Translations under genes and position numbers: made by a program
Shown here: positions 29,060-37,142 of the stretch, in pieces
Layout: each line of letters begins with the position of its first letter
Numbering within the stretch: position 1 is the first letter of the stretch
Notes under the pieces: generated by a model
Databases searched by the model: none
The model's input: the letters and a program-made list of their open reading frames with translations, nothing else
Told to the model about the DNA's origin: nothing
Origin: a virus
Taxonomy: Duplodnaviria > Caudoviricetes
DNA length: 43,492 nt
Reading direction: 5' to 3' (one strand)
Virus record (IMG/VR): IMGVR_UViG_3300033487_000326
Coordinates: 1 to 43,492 of that record

Positions 29060-29439
29060 TTCTTTTCAATCTCCGCCATGATTGCATCGTGAAGCTTATA
29101 AACACCGACCTTTAGATCAGCATCTACTTTATCAGCAACTTTTCCTATAGATCTGGCAAGCATTGGTTCAATCCAAGAGAAATCGCCTTTTTCAATAGCC
29201 TTAGTCATGCATTTGATTACTAAAAGATCAATGGCTGGTTTTCCTGTCTGAGTATACTCAGCCTTAAGTTCATCCAGTGACATGTTTATGTATTTGTAAA
29301 TTGAAAGTTCTAATTCTGATTGTCTATGTTGACGTAGTTCTTTTAATTCTGGAGGCAAAGCACGACTGGACTTCTTTCCAGCCAGTGATGCTTCCTTGCT
29401 TCCTTTCTTGAATTTTCTAACAGGATTAGGGTTAGCCAC
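29056..29439 (-). CDS. Probable terminase small subunit
   Basis: Basic N-terminus (FKKGS...AGKKS), AIEKGD...RSIGK helix pattern, upstream of terL. Confidence 0.6.
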   Translation of the reverse strand: MANPNPVRKFKKGSKEASLAGKKSSRALPPELKELRQHRQSELELSIYKYINMSLDELKAEYTQTGKPAIDLLVIKCMTKAIEKGDFSWIEPMLARSIGKVADKVDADLKVGVYKLHDAIMAEIEKK

Positions 29440-30184
29440 TTTGCGTTATCTTTTCGTTAGTTAAAGTGTTACTTGAAGTATTTTGGAGCGCATCGGTCGG
29501 ACTTTCACCGCCCCCTTCAGTCTGGTAGACTGACGTGCCAGATTCAACACTAGATGCGCGTTTAGGATATGGTTTTCTTAATGGTTCGATCTGTTTTCTG
29601 ATCTCTTTTGTTAGCGGCATTAAATATCTATGCTTGAGTGTTGGCTTTCTTGTTTTTATGCCTGGGTTTTTTTCTATAAATTTCTTTCCTTGTACTCCAT
29701 ATGTTGAGCCAACCGATTTTGGATGGGTCCATTTTCCGTTTATAAGATATTCCAAAGATCCTCCAGGAACTTGAGTTCCTGAGTATATCCAGTTTGTTGC
29801 CTGATATATGCCGCCGTGGTGATTTTGTCTCGGATCTGCAAAAGATATAATCAACTTAAGACCAGGGTTTGATTTTTTTAAAAATGACATTGAAACACTT
29901 AGTATTCTTGAAACTGGTGTATCGTGATTATTAAGAGCTATCCTGGTTAGCTCACATCCTTCATATTGGGTTAGTTTGTATGGTTTTAGGAGGTTTGGAG
30001 AAGCCCCACGAGAAAAGAGGACAACTCCTATAAACTTATCATTTTCCCATACTCCTAGCTTAACTATTTTCCCAACAGGAACGCATTTCGAGTAATGCCA
30101 ATTCTCACAAGCGTATTTAGCTGCTGCATGAGTAGCCCAATCAATTTTTAATTTTGGCTTGGGATTTTTCGAACTCTGTTCCAC
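29432..30184 (-). CDS. mom: Mom-like adenine-modification enzyme (GNAT fold)
   Basis: ENWHYS, FIGVVLF, ELTRIAL, LIISFADPRQNHHGGIYQATNWIYSG, KHRY; GTG start. Confidence 0.82.
   Translation of the reverse strand: MEQSSKNPKPKLKIDWATHAAAKYACENWHYSKCVPVGKIVKLGVWENDKFIGVVLFSRGASPNLLKPYKLTQYEGCELTRIALNNHDTPVSRILSVSMSFLKKSNPGLKLIISFADPRQNHHGGIYQATNWIYSGTQVPGGSLEYLINGKWTHPKSVGSTYGVQGKKFIEKNPGIKTRKPTLKHRYLMPLTKEIRKQIEPLRKPYPKRASSVESGTSVYQTEGGGESPTDALQNTSSNTLTNEKITQSG
29484..29559 (-). tRNA. tRNA-Gly-like element (anticodon ACC, encoded CCA) embedded in the mom-like CDS
   Basis: 76 nt: GCGCATC TA GTGT-TGAATCTG-GCAC G TCAGT-CTACCAG-ACTGA AGGG GGCGG-TGAAAGT-CCGACC GATGCGC T CCA. Confidence 0.8.
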
Positions 30185-30656
30185 AGCTTGGACACTCCAT
30201 ATAGACTAATTGTTTCTGATCTAGTTTTCCCTGTTCGTCCTCTGATCCAGGTTCAAAGTTTAAATTAAAGTCTTTTAATCCTAGCCAGTCCAAATCAAAA
30301 CTAGATCCGTCTAATTCTTCAAGATCAAAGTTAATTCCGGATAGATCTAACTCTGCCCAATTTGCAATAGCGTTATCGCTTTGTAGGAATGCATACTCTT
30401 GGTCTTGGTCCTTAAACTCTTGATAAACGACTGGGACAGTCTCAGCCTTTAACTCTTGTAAGGCTAGTAAGGTGCCATGACCTTTAACTATATTTCCTGA
30501 CAATTTACTAACTACTATTGGAGCTCTGACCCCTTGATAGTCGATTAATTTAGCCAAACGTTTAATTTGATCCGTTGGGTGTTTGTTTCTATTTTTAGGG
30601 TGTGGTTTTAGAGATTTTGGAGATACTAATTCGTCGTATTTACATTGAATGTTCAT
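30141..30656 (-). CDS. ParB/Srx N-terminal-like domain protein
   Basis: LKPHPKNRNKH, PIVV...IVKGHG, VPV, SDN; C-terminal CPSCG. Confidence 0.82.
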   Translation of the reverse strand: MNIQCKYDELVSPKSLKPHPKNRNKHPTDQIKRLAKLIDYQGVRAPIVVSKLSGNIVKGHGTLLALQELKAETVPVVYQEFKDQDQEYAFLQSDNAIANWAELDLSGINFDLEELDGSSFDLDWLGLKDFNLNFEPGSEDEQGKLDQKQLVYMECPSCGTEFEKSQAKIKN

Positions 30657-30714
30657 CTATCCTCCGCTTAACAGGTTTGTGAATTGCGTTAATTCGAATT
30701 GTTTCACACAGGTC

Positions 30715-30800
30715 TTTACAAATCAAATTAGACCTTAGTATAGTTTCTCTGCTGGCGCTGTGGGATTTAGCAAACAAGACCTCATGGCGTCAGCACTTTT
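30715..30800 (+). ncRNA. Candidate small antisense hairpin RNA with its own promoter
   Basis: TTTACA-18 nt-TATAGT (30715-30744), then a 15-bp stem 30750-30764/30781-30795 with four G-U pairs, then CTTTT. Confidence 0.4.
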
Positions 30801-30818
30801 ATGTATATATGCATAAAT

Positions 30819-31055
30819 TTATTGATAAGTCGTAATGAACAGTTTCCCATCTTTGTTCACGATAATGATGGCTTGGTCTTTTTGTAATCGATAAACACTT
30901 TCGACATCTACGATAGCCTGACCACAAGTTGTCTCGTTTGTTATGGCGTTCACAACGCACATAGGGGCGACTACGTAGTCTTTTTTCTTTTCTTCTTTTG
31001 GCTGAGAGGCGCAGCTTAAGAAAAGTGTACTAAAGATAATTAAAGCGTATTTCAT
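30819..31055 (-). CDS. Lipoprotein
   Basis: MKYALIIFSTLFLSC lipobox; start reassigned to 31055. Confidence 0.65.
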   Translation of the reverse strand: MKYALIIFSTLFLSCASQPKEEKKKDYVVAPMCVVNAITNETTCGQAIVDVESVYRLQKDQAIIIVNKDGKLFITTYQ

Positions 31056-31752
31056 ATTCACCTGTTTTTTCGTCAACGTCTATTCGTGAGAAACCTGTTT
31101 GCCAATTATCTTTTGACCCTCGATAGTTGAAACAATCTTGGTTAATATCTCCCAGCCATCCGTTTGAAACTGCTGTAACATTATAAGGTTCAGGACCAAA
31201 CTTCTTAGAAGTATAGGACTGGTAAACGTGGCAATGGCCGTATATAATAGACACAACGGATTTTTCTGCTGTTCCCTTTGAATGATTTGCTCCTCCAGCA
31301 AGAGGCTCGTGTCTGACATAAAGATCTTTCGTGTTGCCAACTTTTACTAATTGAGTTGGTTTATAATCATAGAACTTAAAGTTTTTTCTTTCATCAAATC
31401 TGAATAACTTAGGAGCTTCAAGCATTCCCCACAGTTGTGGCGCCATGTCTCTGATATATCGAAAGATCCGATACTCATGGTTTCCACAAATGTAATCTAT
31501 TGGGATATCTCCAAAGAGTTTTTCTAATTGATCAAATTTTTTGTTGGCGTATTCGAGTTCATTAAGAAGAGATTGTTGAGCTCTTGGGGATTTTGGGTGA
31601 GCCGAGACTGATTCAATTTCGCATACATCGCCGTTTAAGTATATTCCTCTTAGGTCGGGATATTTTTCTATAAGCTTTATAGCTTTATAATAGGCATTAC
31701 CTTCGTAGGGGAAATGGATATCGTTAAGGACCGCGTATTGGATCAATCCCAT
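31030..31752 (-). CDS. Calcineurin-like metallophosphoesterase
   Basis: NDIH, NGD, GNHE, RH, GHCH. Confidence 0.88.
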   Translation of the reverse strand: MGLIQYAVLNDIHFPYEGNAYYKAIKLIEKYPDLRGIYLNGDVCEIESVSAHPKSPRAQQSLLNELEYANKKFDQLEKLFGDIPIDYICGNHEYRIFRYIRDMAPQLWGMLEAPKLFRFDERKNFKFYDYKPTQLVKVGNTKDLYVRHEPLAGGANHSKGTAEKSVVSIIYGHCHVYQSYTSKKFGPEPYNVTAVSNGWLGDINQDCFNYRGSKDNWQTGFSRIDVDEKTGEYEIRFNYL

Positions 31753-31781
31753 TAATCATTAAGGTATACAATAATTTAGGT

Positions 31782-32018
31782 TTAGCTATCGGACGATGGT
31801 CCAGAATTGTTACTGGACAAGGTTTCTGGGAGAACTTGAACTATGAACTGACAACGGGTTTTTACTCCGGCTTTTTTGTAGAGTTTCGCAATATGGTATT
31901 TGCTTGTTTGAATGACGATGCCAAGTTCTGTGCAAATTTCTTTGTTAGATTTTCCCTGAAGAATGAGGAGTGCGACTTGTTTTTCGCGCGGAGATAGCAT
32001 GTCTAAGAGATTACCCAT
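31782..32018 (-). CDS. Stand-alone LuxR-type HTH regulator
   Basis: LSPREKQVALLILQGKSNKEICTELGI...TSKYHIAKLYKKAGVKTR. Confidence 0.88.
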   Translation of the reverse strand: MGNLLDMLSPREKQVALLILQGKSNKEICTELGIVIQTSKYHIAKLYKKAGVKTRCQFIVQVLPETLSSNNSGPSSDS

Positions 32019-32051
32019 TTGGCTATATGGAATGGTTAAGTTTAATAAAAG

Positions 32052-32339
32052 TCAAGTGTGTCGTAGTTTTTTAACACCAAATTCATCTATAAAGGTCCAC
32101 CCTTTATAAGAGAGTTGTTTGATCATGATTGGGTATTTTTGGCAGAAGCGATACCAGCCAAGCTGATGGGACTCTTGGTGGTGACGTCTACACATGCTGA
32201 TTAGATTCCAGGATTCATCGGGGCCGCCGGAGCCTTTTGATTGTATGTGACAGACGTCCGTGGGGGTTGTCCCGCATAGGGGACACGCAAAAAGTCTTAA
32301 GTGTTGAAAGAGGGCTTTTTTGTTTTTACTCTTCGTCAT
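32052..32339 (-). CDS. Small HNH-like Zn nuclease
   Basis: CPLC...CHIQSKGSGG...NLISMCRRHHQESH; likely start ATG 32339. Confidence 0.75.
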   Translation of the reverse strand: MTKSKNKKALFQHLRLFACPLCGTTPTDVCHIQSKGSGGPDESWNLISMCRRHHQESHQLGWYRFCQKYPIMIKQLSYKGWTFIDEFGVKKLRHT

Positions 32340-32460
32340 CGTACATAGACAGTATGACGTAATAGATGCACAAGACAAAGGCTAGAAAGGCAAAAAATAA
32401 TGTGAACTTTTCTTGTTCCATTGGTTTAGTCTAGACATATTTTATTTAATAAATCTATAG

Positions 32461-32503
32461 AAAAAGACCCTTGGAAGCGGGTGGTACGCCGAAACCAAGG
32501 GTC
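32461..32503 (-). terminator. Putative intrinsic terminator
   Basis: 9-bp inverted repeat GACCCTTGG/CCAAGGGTC followed by T5 on the minus strand. Confidence 0.55.
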
Positions 32504-32540
32504 ACAACAACTAGGTATATTCGATATATACTGCCTAGGC

Positions 32541-32954
32541 TTAAGAATCAAATGCTCGTAAAATTACTTCTAAATAGTTTTGACCTGTGTCAGATGGAAG
32601 TTTGCGGCTTCCATCATATGATCGTATAATCGCGTCATCTAAGATGACCCCAGCCTTTGTTAGGCAGTCTTCTGGATGTTGAATGATGTTTGATAGATCG
32701 CCTAGTTTTAGGTTCATTTCACCTTTTTTAGTGTAGAAGTTAGTAAAGTAAAATTTAAATTCAGCGTGGATATATTCTTTAAGAGATGGTTTCCCGCCCC
32801 AGGCTTGTCTCATTTGAAGGATAAGATAATTTCGATCATTGATTAGGGCTTGTTGTTTTCCACAAAAAAGGCGTTTCCCAGCCATGCGGATAATATTATT
32901 ATTCTTAGGGCTCCAATGTTTTGGAACGTCGGTAATAAAATGAAATAAAAGCAT
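32541..32954 (-). CDS. rusA: RusA-like Holliday junction resolvase
   Basis: GDLSNIIQHPEDCLTKAGVILDDAII (D-x-x-N...D...DD); the usual Lys appears to be Gln. Confidence 0.7.
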   Translation of the reverse strand: MLLFHFITDVPKHWSPKNNNIIRMAGKRLFCGKQQALINDRNYLILQMRQAWGGKPSLKEYIHAEFKFYFTNFYTKKGEMNLKLGDLSNIIQHPEDCLTKAGVILDDAIIRSYDGSRKLPSDTGQNYLEVILRAFDS

Positions 32955-32963
32955 CCATAAAGG

Positions 32964-33143
32964 TTATGGTCCTCGGTGAAAATCATCAATATATTTTTTT
33001 ATTAATGCTCTTATAACTGCCGACATTGTTAGTCCTTGAGACTTTGCAATACGTTTTAATTCTGATGAGTCTCTTAGTTCTATTTCTAGATATATGGCGT
33101 CAAGCTTCTTTTTCTTTGGAAGATATTCCTTTAAGTCTTTCAT
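32964..33143 (-). CDS. Ribbon-helix-helix (CopG/Arc-like) regulator, 59 aa
   Basis: Hand translation ...AIYLEIELRDSSELKRIAKSQGLTMSAVIRALIKKYID; ATGA-coupled. Confidence 0.7.
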   Translation of the reverse strand: MKDLKEYLPKKKKLDAIYLEIELRDSSELKRIAKSQGLTMSAVIRALIKKYIDDFHRGP

Positions 33144-33343
33144 TGTAAACAGTCTCCTTCTGTTTCGAAATAGAAAACCATTTCATTTATTTTTCTTGCC
33201 CATTGACCATCACAAAGATGCGAACATGAATTGCTCACATCTTTCGGGTTTGCACAATAAGGACTGTATTCATAGTCTGATTTCCCGCAACCCAAAAAGT
33301 AAACAGCGATGATAATTAAAACAATAAGTCTGATGAGACTCAT
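33140..33343 (-). CDS. Small Cys-rich lipoprotein
   Basis: Hydrophobic leader plus FLGC lipobox. Confidence 0.6.
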   Translation of the reverse strand: MSLIRLIVLIIIAVYFLGCGKSDYEYSPYCANPKDVSNSCSHLCDGQWARKINEMVFYFETEGDCLQ

Positions 33344-33600
33344 CGTCCTGCCTTCTTGAGAGCTTTGTTTATTTTATCAAGCGCCTTGGGTGACAAAGCC
33401 GATCCAGATGGATCAATACTATCAACCATTATATATTCAAGAGCTTCGAGTAAGTCAGGAGCAGCGGCGATAAGCCTGGCGTCAGCTTTGTAATTGAAAC
33501 TATCTATATCTGCGATAACGTGTCCAGTTGTGTCGCTTTGTATTCTACAGATACCGCCTTTAAATAAAGATCGCCATGGCCCTAGTGTATAAAAGCTCAT
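33340..33600 (-). CDS. Conserved phage hypothetical protein
   Basis: TLGPW...ADARLIAAAPDLLEAL, a motif common in phage accessory proteins. Confidence 0.75.
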   Translation of the reverse strand: MSFYTLGPWRSLFKGGICRIQSDTTGHVIADIDSFNYKADARLIAAAPDLLEALEYIMVDSIDPSGSALSPKALDKINKALKKAGR

Positions 33601-33782
33601 TTTTTATCTCCCATTAGACTTCTGGTTTTTTCATCCACTTCCCATATTAATAAACCAAATGCCTGTTCTATTTTTGTTTGGTTGCCTGTGTCATCTGGAC
33701 ATAAAAAATCTAGGTATTTGTTTTGAAGTTCAAATAGCTCTTTCCTTAGTTTTCTTAATTTTTCAAGTTTAAAATCAATCAT
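33597..33782 (-). CDS. Hypothetical protein
   Basis: ATGA-coupled in the operon. Confidence 0.6.
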   Translation of the reverse strand: MIDFKLEKLRKLRKELFELQNKYLDFLCPDDTGNQTKIEQAFGLLIWEVDEKTRSLMGDKK

Positions 33783-34420
33783 AGTATTCCTCCTAGATAG
33801 TTGTTAATCTCATCTCCTAAGATTGAATATCCAATTGAGTTAAAATGAACGTCGTTTTGAAGCTCATTATTAGTGTGATATTCCAAAATGCTATTTGAAA
33901 GAGTGTATAGGTCTACAACTGGAATACCTTCGTCAGTCATAACTTGTAAAGCCACGGCTTGATAATCTAGTTCGCACTCACGACAAAACTTCCCGTCAGC
34001 GTTTACCGGAATTCCTGTAGTCATAATAAATACTGGGTTTAAGGTTACAGCCTTAATTTTACTAGCAATGATTCTTAAGTTAGCTTCGTACTCAATAAGA
34101 GACGTTCCGTTTTCTCTTTGTAGATCCCACAGTCCATGATTAAAGGTGATGGCCTTCCAATGGGGCCGCATGGCCAACCAATCATCAATCCGTCGAACTC
34201 CATTAGAAGACCATCTAGAATTACAAGGGGTATGCATAACGTCATATTCAGAGAATTCTGATTTAATAAAAGGTGTGTACCCGATTGAGATTGAATCCCC
34301 TATTACAAGAACGTCTTCTCTTTGATCGTCAGTTGTAACAAGTGTTTCATCACATTGAGTCTTTTCATTTTGACCACACCCGACTAAACATCCAAAAACA
34401 CCCAATATTAAAAGTCTCAT
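33779..34420 (-). CDS. SGNH/GDSL hydrolase lipoprotein
   Basis: LVGC lipobox; IGDSIS, FNHGLWD, DVHF; start ATG 34420 with SD AGGAG. Confidence 0.85.
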   Translation of the reverse strand: MRLLILGVFGCLVGCGQNEKTQCDETLVTTDDQREDVLVIGDSISIGYTPFIKSEFSEYDVMHTPCNSRWSSNGVRRIDDWLAMRPHWKAITFNHGLWDLQRENGTSLIEYEANLRIIASKIKAVTLNPVFIMTTGIPVNADGKFCRECELDYQAVALQVMTDEGIPVVDLYTLSNSILEYHTNNELQNDVHFNSIGYSILGDEINNYLGGIL

Positions 34421-35108
34421 GTTTTTATCTCCTATATACATACTATACTATGGTCTAGTGCATAAGTATAGAGAAAAGTATAGAGAAAAGTATAGGTGTG
34501 TCATAGTAGTACAGATCAAACGTAGTAGACTTAATAGCCAACATAACGCGACAAGACATAGTGTCCTTATATATAGTGTATCGACACATAGTGATAACAC
34601 TACCACTAGTGATCTGGACTTAAAATTTAAACTAGAGTTTTACAAAAATAAGAACTTTAAGTATTTCTAAAAAAGTCCAATATCTCCTTATAAGACGTAA
34701 AAACTAATGGAGCGCTATTTGAAATACCGAAATAGCATTGTTGAAAAACGGTCATGACACCTATTGAGGGGAGCATTTAAATAGGAGCATGAACATAAAC
34801 CCGTATGGGCTACTAAAGGGGTTTAGATTTATCTCAAGGTGGGTTTTGTAGAGTGATGGTCTACGAATTTGATTCAGTACTTACCTAAGTTTATTTTGTG
34901 AACTTATGCGATTACTGAATACATCAAAAGAGGTAAGGGAATAAATACCTTCTAACCACTAGTCGTCTTGATCGCCTAGGTAGGTAGGGGAATCATCCAC
35001 TCTATTCATAAATTAAAATTAGAATAAAAACAACGACACTCCAAGTTATCCATTTACTTTAATTGTTCACAACTATACTTAAGTCTCAACAACAATTTAG
35101 GAGGGGAT
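34421..35108. promoter_or_regulatory. Divergent non-coding control region
   Basis: Strand switch; ~690 bp with no convincing ORF; short direct and inverted repeats. Confidence 0.65.
34464..34495. repeat. 12-bp tandem repeat AAGTATAGAGAA x2.7
   Basis: Read directly from the sequence. Confidence 0.9.
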
Positions 35109-35939
35109 ATGTTTCAATCACAATCCTTAAAAGAGTTAGCAATAGCTCTTAATAAAGCACAGTCTCAGTTAAAAAAAGCTAAGAAAGATTCTCAAAATCC
35201 ACACTTTAGAAGTAAATATGCAGATCTAGAAAGTGTCTGGGATGCATGCCGTGAAGCCCTTAACCAGAACGGACTCACAGTCATTCAAACCGTTGGAACA
35301 ATGGATAATAAAGCAACCCTTACAACAATGTTACTTCACACTTCTGGGGAGTACGTTTCAGACACGGCTTTACTTCCAGTGATCAAAGGTGGTCCTCAAG
35401 AACTAGGCTCATGTCTGACTTACTTAAAAAGATACAGTCTTTCGGCCATAGTCGGAATTGCAGACAGTGATGATGATGGTGAGATCGCAGAAGGCCGTAG
35501 AAACGATTTTCAAAAAACAAGTACTCAGACTGAGCCAATCCCCGTTTACGTGCCGCTAAAATCAAATGTGCGAGAATCCGCACCATCTGTGACAGCAGCC
35601 GAAGTGAACCTTCCCCCGAGTCAGTTTATTAGACAAGTCAGACCACTAACTGCCCCTCAAATAAAAAGACTCTACGCAATCGCAGGATCAACTGGCTGGC
35701 CCCCAGCTTTTGTTGACGCATATGTGAATAAGCATTTTAAAAAGAATGCCGCAGCCCTATCGAAACAAGAATATGACTCGACGTGTGAGACGTTTCAGAA
35801 TCTCAAATGCACAGACTTTCAAAAAGACGAACTCAAGCCTTTTGTGAAAGTTAAAAACGCAGTGGCTGAGCTGGAAAAAGCAAAATACGTTGATCATACG
35901 GCCCCCTCTTTTGACCAAGATGAGCAAGTTCCATTCTAG
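35109..35939 (+). CDS. erf: ERF-family single-strand annealing protein
   Basis: KDSQNPHFRSKYADL, LLHTSGEY, GSCLTYLKRYSLSAIVGI...DDDG. Confidence 0.92.
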   Translation: MFQSQSLKELAIALNKAQSQLKKAKKDSQNPHFRSKYADLESVWDACREALNQNGLTVIQTVGTMDNKATLTTMLLHTSGEYVSDTALLPVIKGGPQELGSCLTYLKRYSLSAIVGIADSDDDGEIAEGRRNDFQKTSTQTEPIPVYVPLKSNVRESAPSVTAAEVNLPPSQFIRQVRPLTAPQIKRLYAIAGSTGWPPAFVDAYVNKHFKKNAAALSKQEYDSTCETFQNLKCTDFQKDELKPFVKVKNAVAELEKAKYVDHTAPSFDQDEQVPF

Positions 35940-35946
35940 GATAATC

Positions 35947-36186
35947 ATGGGGGAGTATTACTTAGCCGTTAAAATAAACAAAAAATGGACTGCCATAAGC
36001 GGCATGCACAACATTGAAAACGCATACAGAAAAACAATCAGACTATCAATAGCGGAGAAAAAAGATGTCGCAATCGTCACAAACCAGCACAAGATTATCA
36101 ATATTTATTCCAACGGCCAATTTATCTACGAAGGGAACTTGCGTGAATACCATCGCAAAAAAAGAAGATCTTTTCAGCTTGATTAA
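35947..36186 (+). CDS. Hypothetical protein
   Basis: ATG 35947 follows the erf stop. Confidence 0.5.
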   Translation: MGEYYLAVKINKKWTAISGMHNIENAYRKTIRLSIAEKKDVAIVTNQHKIINIYSNGQFIYEGNLREYHRKKRRSFQLD

Positions 36187-36658
36187 TTATATCTCCACAG
36201 TCGAAGGAGAAGAAAAAGAAAGAGCCGTCACAACCCTTCGTCAGCTTATTGGAAACGAGATTGAGAACTTTTTTGAGTCCCAAGTCTATGTGAAATCCCA
36301 AATCGAAATGCTAAAAGATTTAAAACACGACGTAAGTGAAAGAATTAAAACTTATGAGAATCAACTTGAAAGACTAGAAGAGTTTGCACTTTATAATCTT
36401 AAAGCCATGGAGATGGACAAACTAAAGTCTGATTTAACCGGACACTACATAGAATGGAAAGTTTCAGAAACAGTTGATGTCTTTAATGAAGACATTGTTC
36501 CTACTGGGTACGATAAAAAACAAGAAAGACAAATCGATATCGCAAAGGTGAGAAAAGCTTTATTAAGTGGAATTACAGTTCCTGGAGCACAACTTAAACA
36601 AACGGAATATGGGTTCATCTCATCACCGAAATCAAGACTTCCAAAGAAGGAGATTTAA
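36143..36658 (+). CDS. Siphovirus Gp157-like protein
   Basis: Coiled coil then VDVFNEDIVP...IDIAKVRKALLSGITVPGAQL; GTG 36143 with SD AAGGGA. Confidence 0.8.
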   Translation: MNTIAKKEDLFSLINYISTVEGEEKERAVTTLRQLIGNEIENFFESQVYVKSQIEMLKDLKHDVSERIKTYENQLERLEEFALYNLKAMEMDKLKSDLTGHYIEWKVSETVDVFNEDIVPTGYDKKQERQIDIAKVRKALLSGITVPGAQLKQTEYGFISSPKSRLPKKEI

Positions 36659-36660
36659 AA

Positions 36661-36870
36661 ATGAATGTAAGAGATTTAGCAGTACACGTCACAAAAAGAG
36701 AAGGACTTAAAGTTTCAGTTTCCGTTGCCCAGGTTAGGGAAATTATTAGAATCTTAGCTATTGTCTTTGCTGAGGAGCACGTTGATGGCAACCCAGACTC
36801 ATGGGAGCACTTTAGAGAATATGCTTATAAATTCACCAAAACCGTTAAAAGAGATAAGTTGAATAAATAA
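36661..36870 (+). CDS. Small protein resembling the HU/IHF N-terminal helices
   Basis: MNVRDLAVHVTKREG...AQVREII; SD AAGGAG. Confidence 0.5.
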   Translation: MNVRDLAVHVTKREGLKVSVSVAQVREIIRILAIVFAEEHVDGNPDSWEHFREYAYKFTKTVKRDKLNK

Positions 36871-36871
36871 T

Positions 36872-37060
36872 ATGTCATGTGTTTATTATTACTGTAACCA
36901 GTGCGGGTACAACGATTTATTAGAATTTAAACAGTGTCCAGTTTGTCTGGATACAAACATTACGAGGGATTATGACGAAACAAATATTGATAAGCTTTTT
37001 ACTTTGTCTGATGACAATAGGGTTCGCACTATTTTTTATGCCGTTTTTTATTTTAGATAA
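36872..37060 (+). CDS. Small Zn-ribbon protein
   Basis: CNQC...CPVC. Confidence 0.5.
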   Translation: MSCVYYYCNQCGYNDLLEFKQCPVCLDTNITRDYDETNIDKLFTLSDDNRVRTIFYAVFYFR

Positions 37061-37064
37061 GATG

Positions 37065-37129
37065 ACCCGTCCGCGTATTTAAAAACGAAATTTCGTTATT
37101 AAAAGTAAAGTCTACGCGGATGGGTTTTT
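37065..37129 (+). terminator. Long hairpin with internal palindrome and U-tract
   Basis: ACCCGTCCGCGTA/TACGCGGATGGGT (one G-U), then TTTT; inner palindrome AACGAAATTTCGTT. Confidence 0.6.
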
Positions 37130-37142
37130 AAATGGAGGGATT

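Noticed and set aside
29484-29559. Ordinary translational tRNA or an integration att site
   Set aside because: Non-canonical T-loop, T-stem bulge and ACC anticodon; lies inside a CDS; no integrase or duplicated copy in the window.
34419-34670. Plus-strand 83-aa ORF with KYRE repeats
   Set aside because: Translation of the 12-bp DNA repeat in the control region; no SD, and it overlaps the opposite gene's start.
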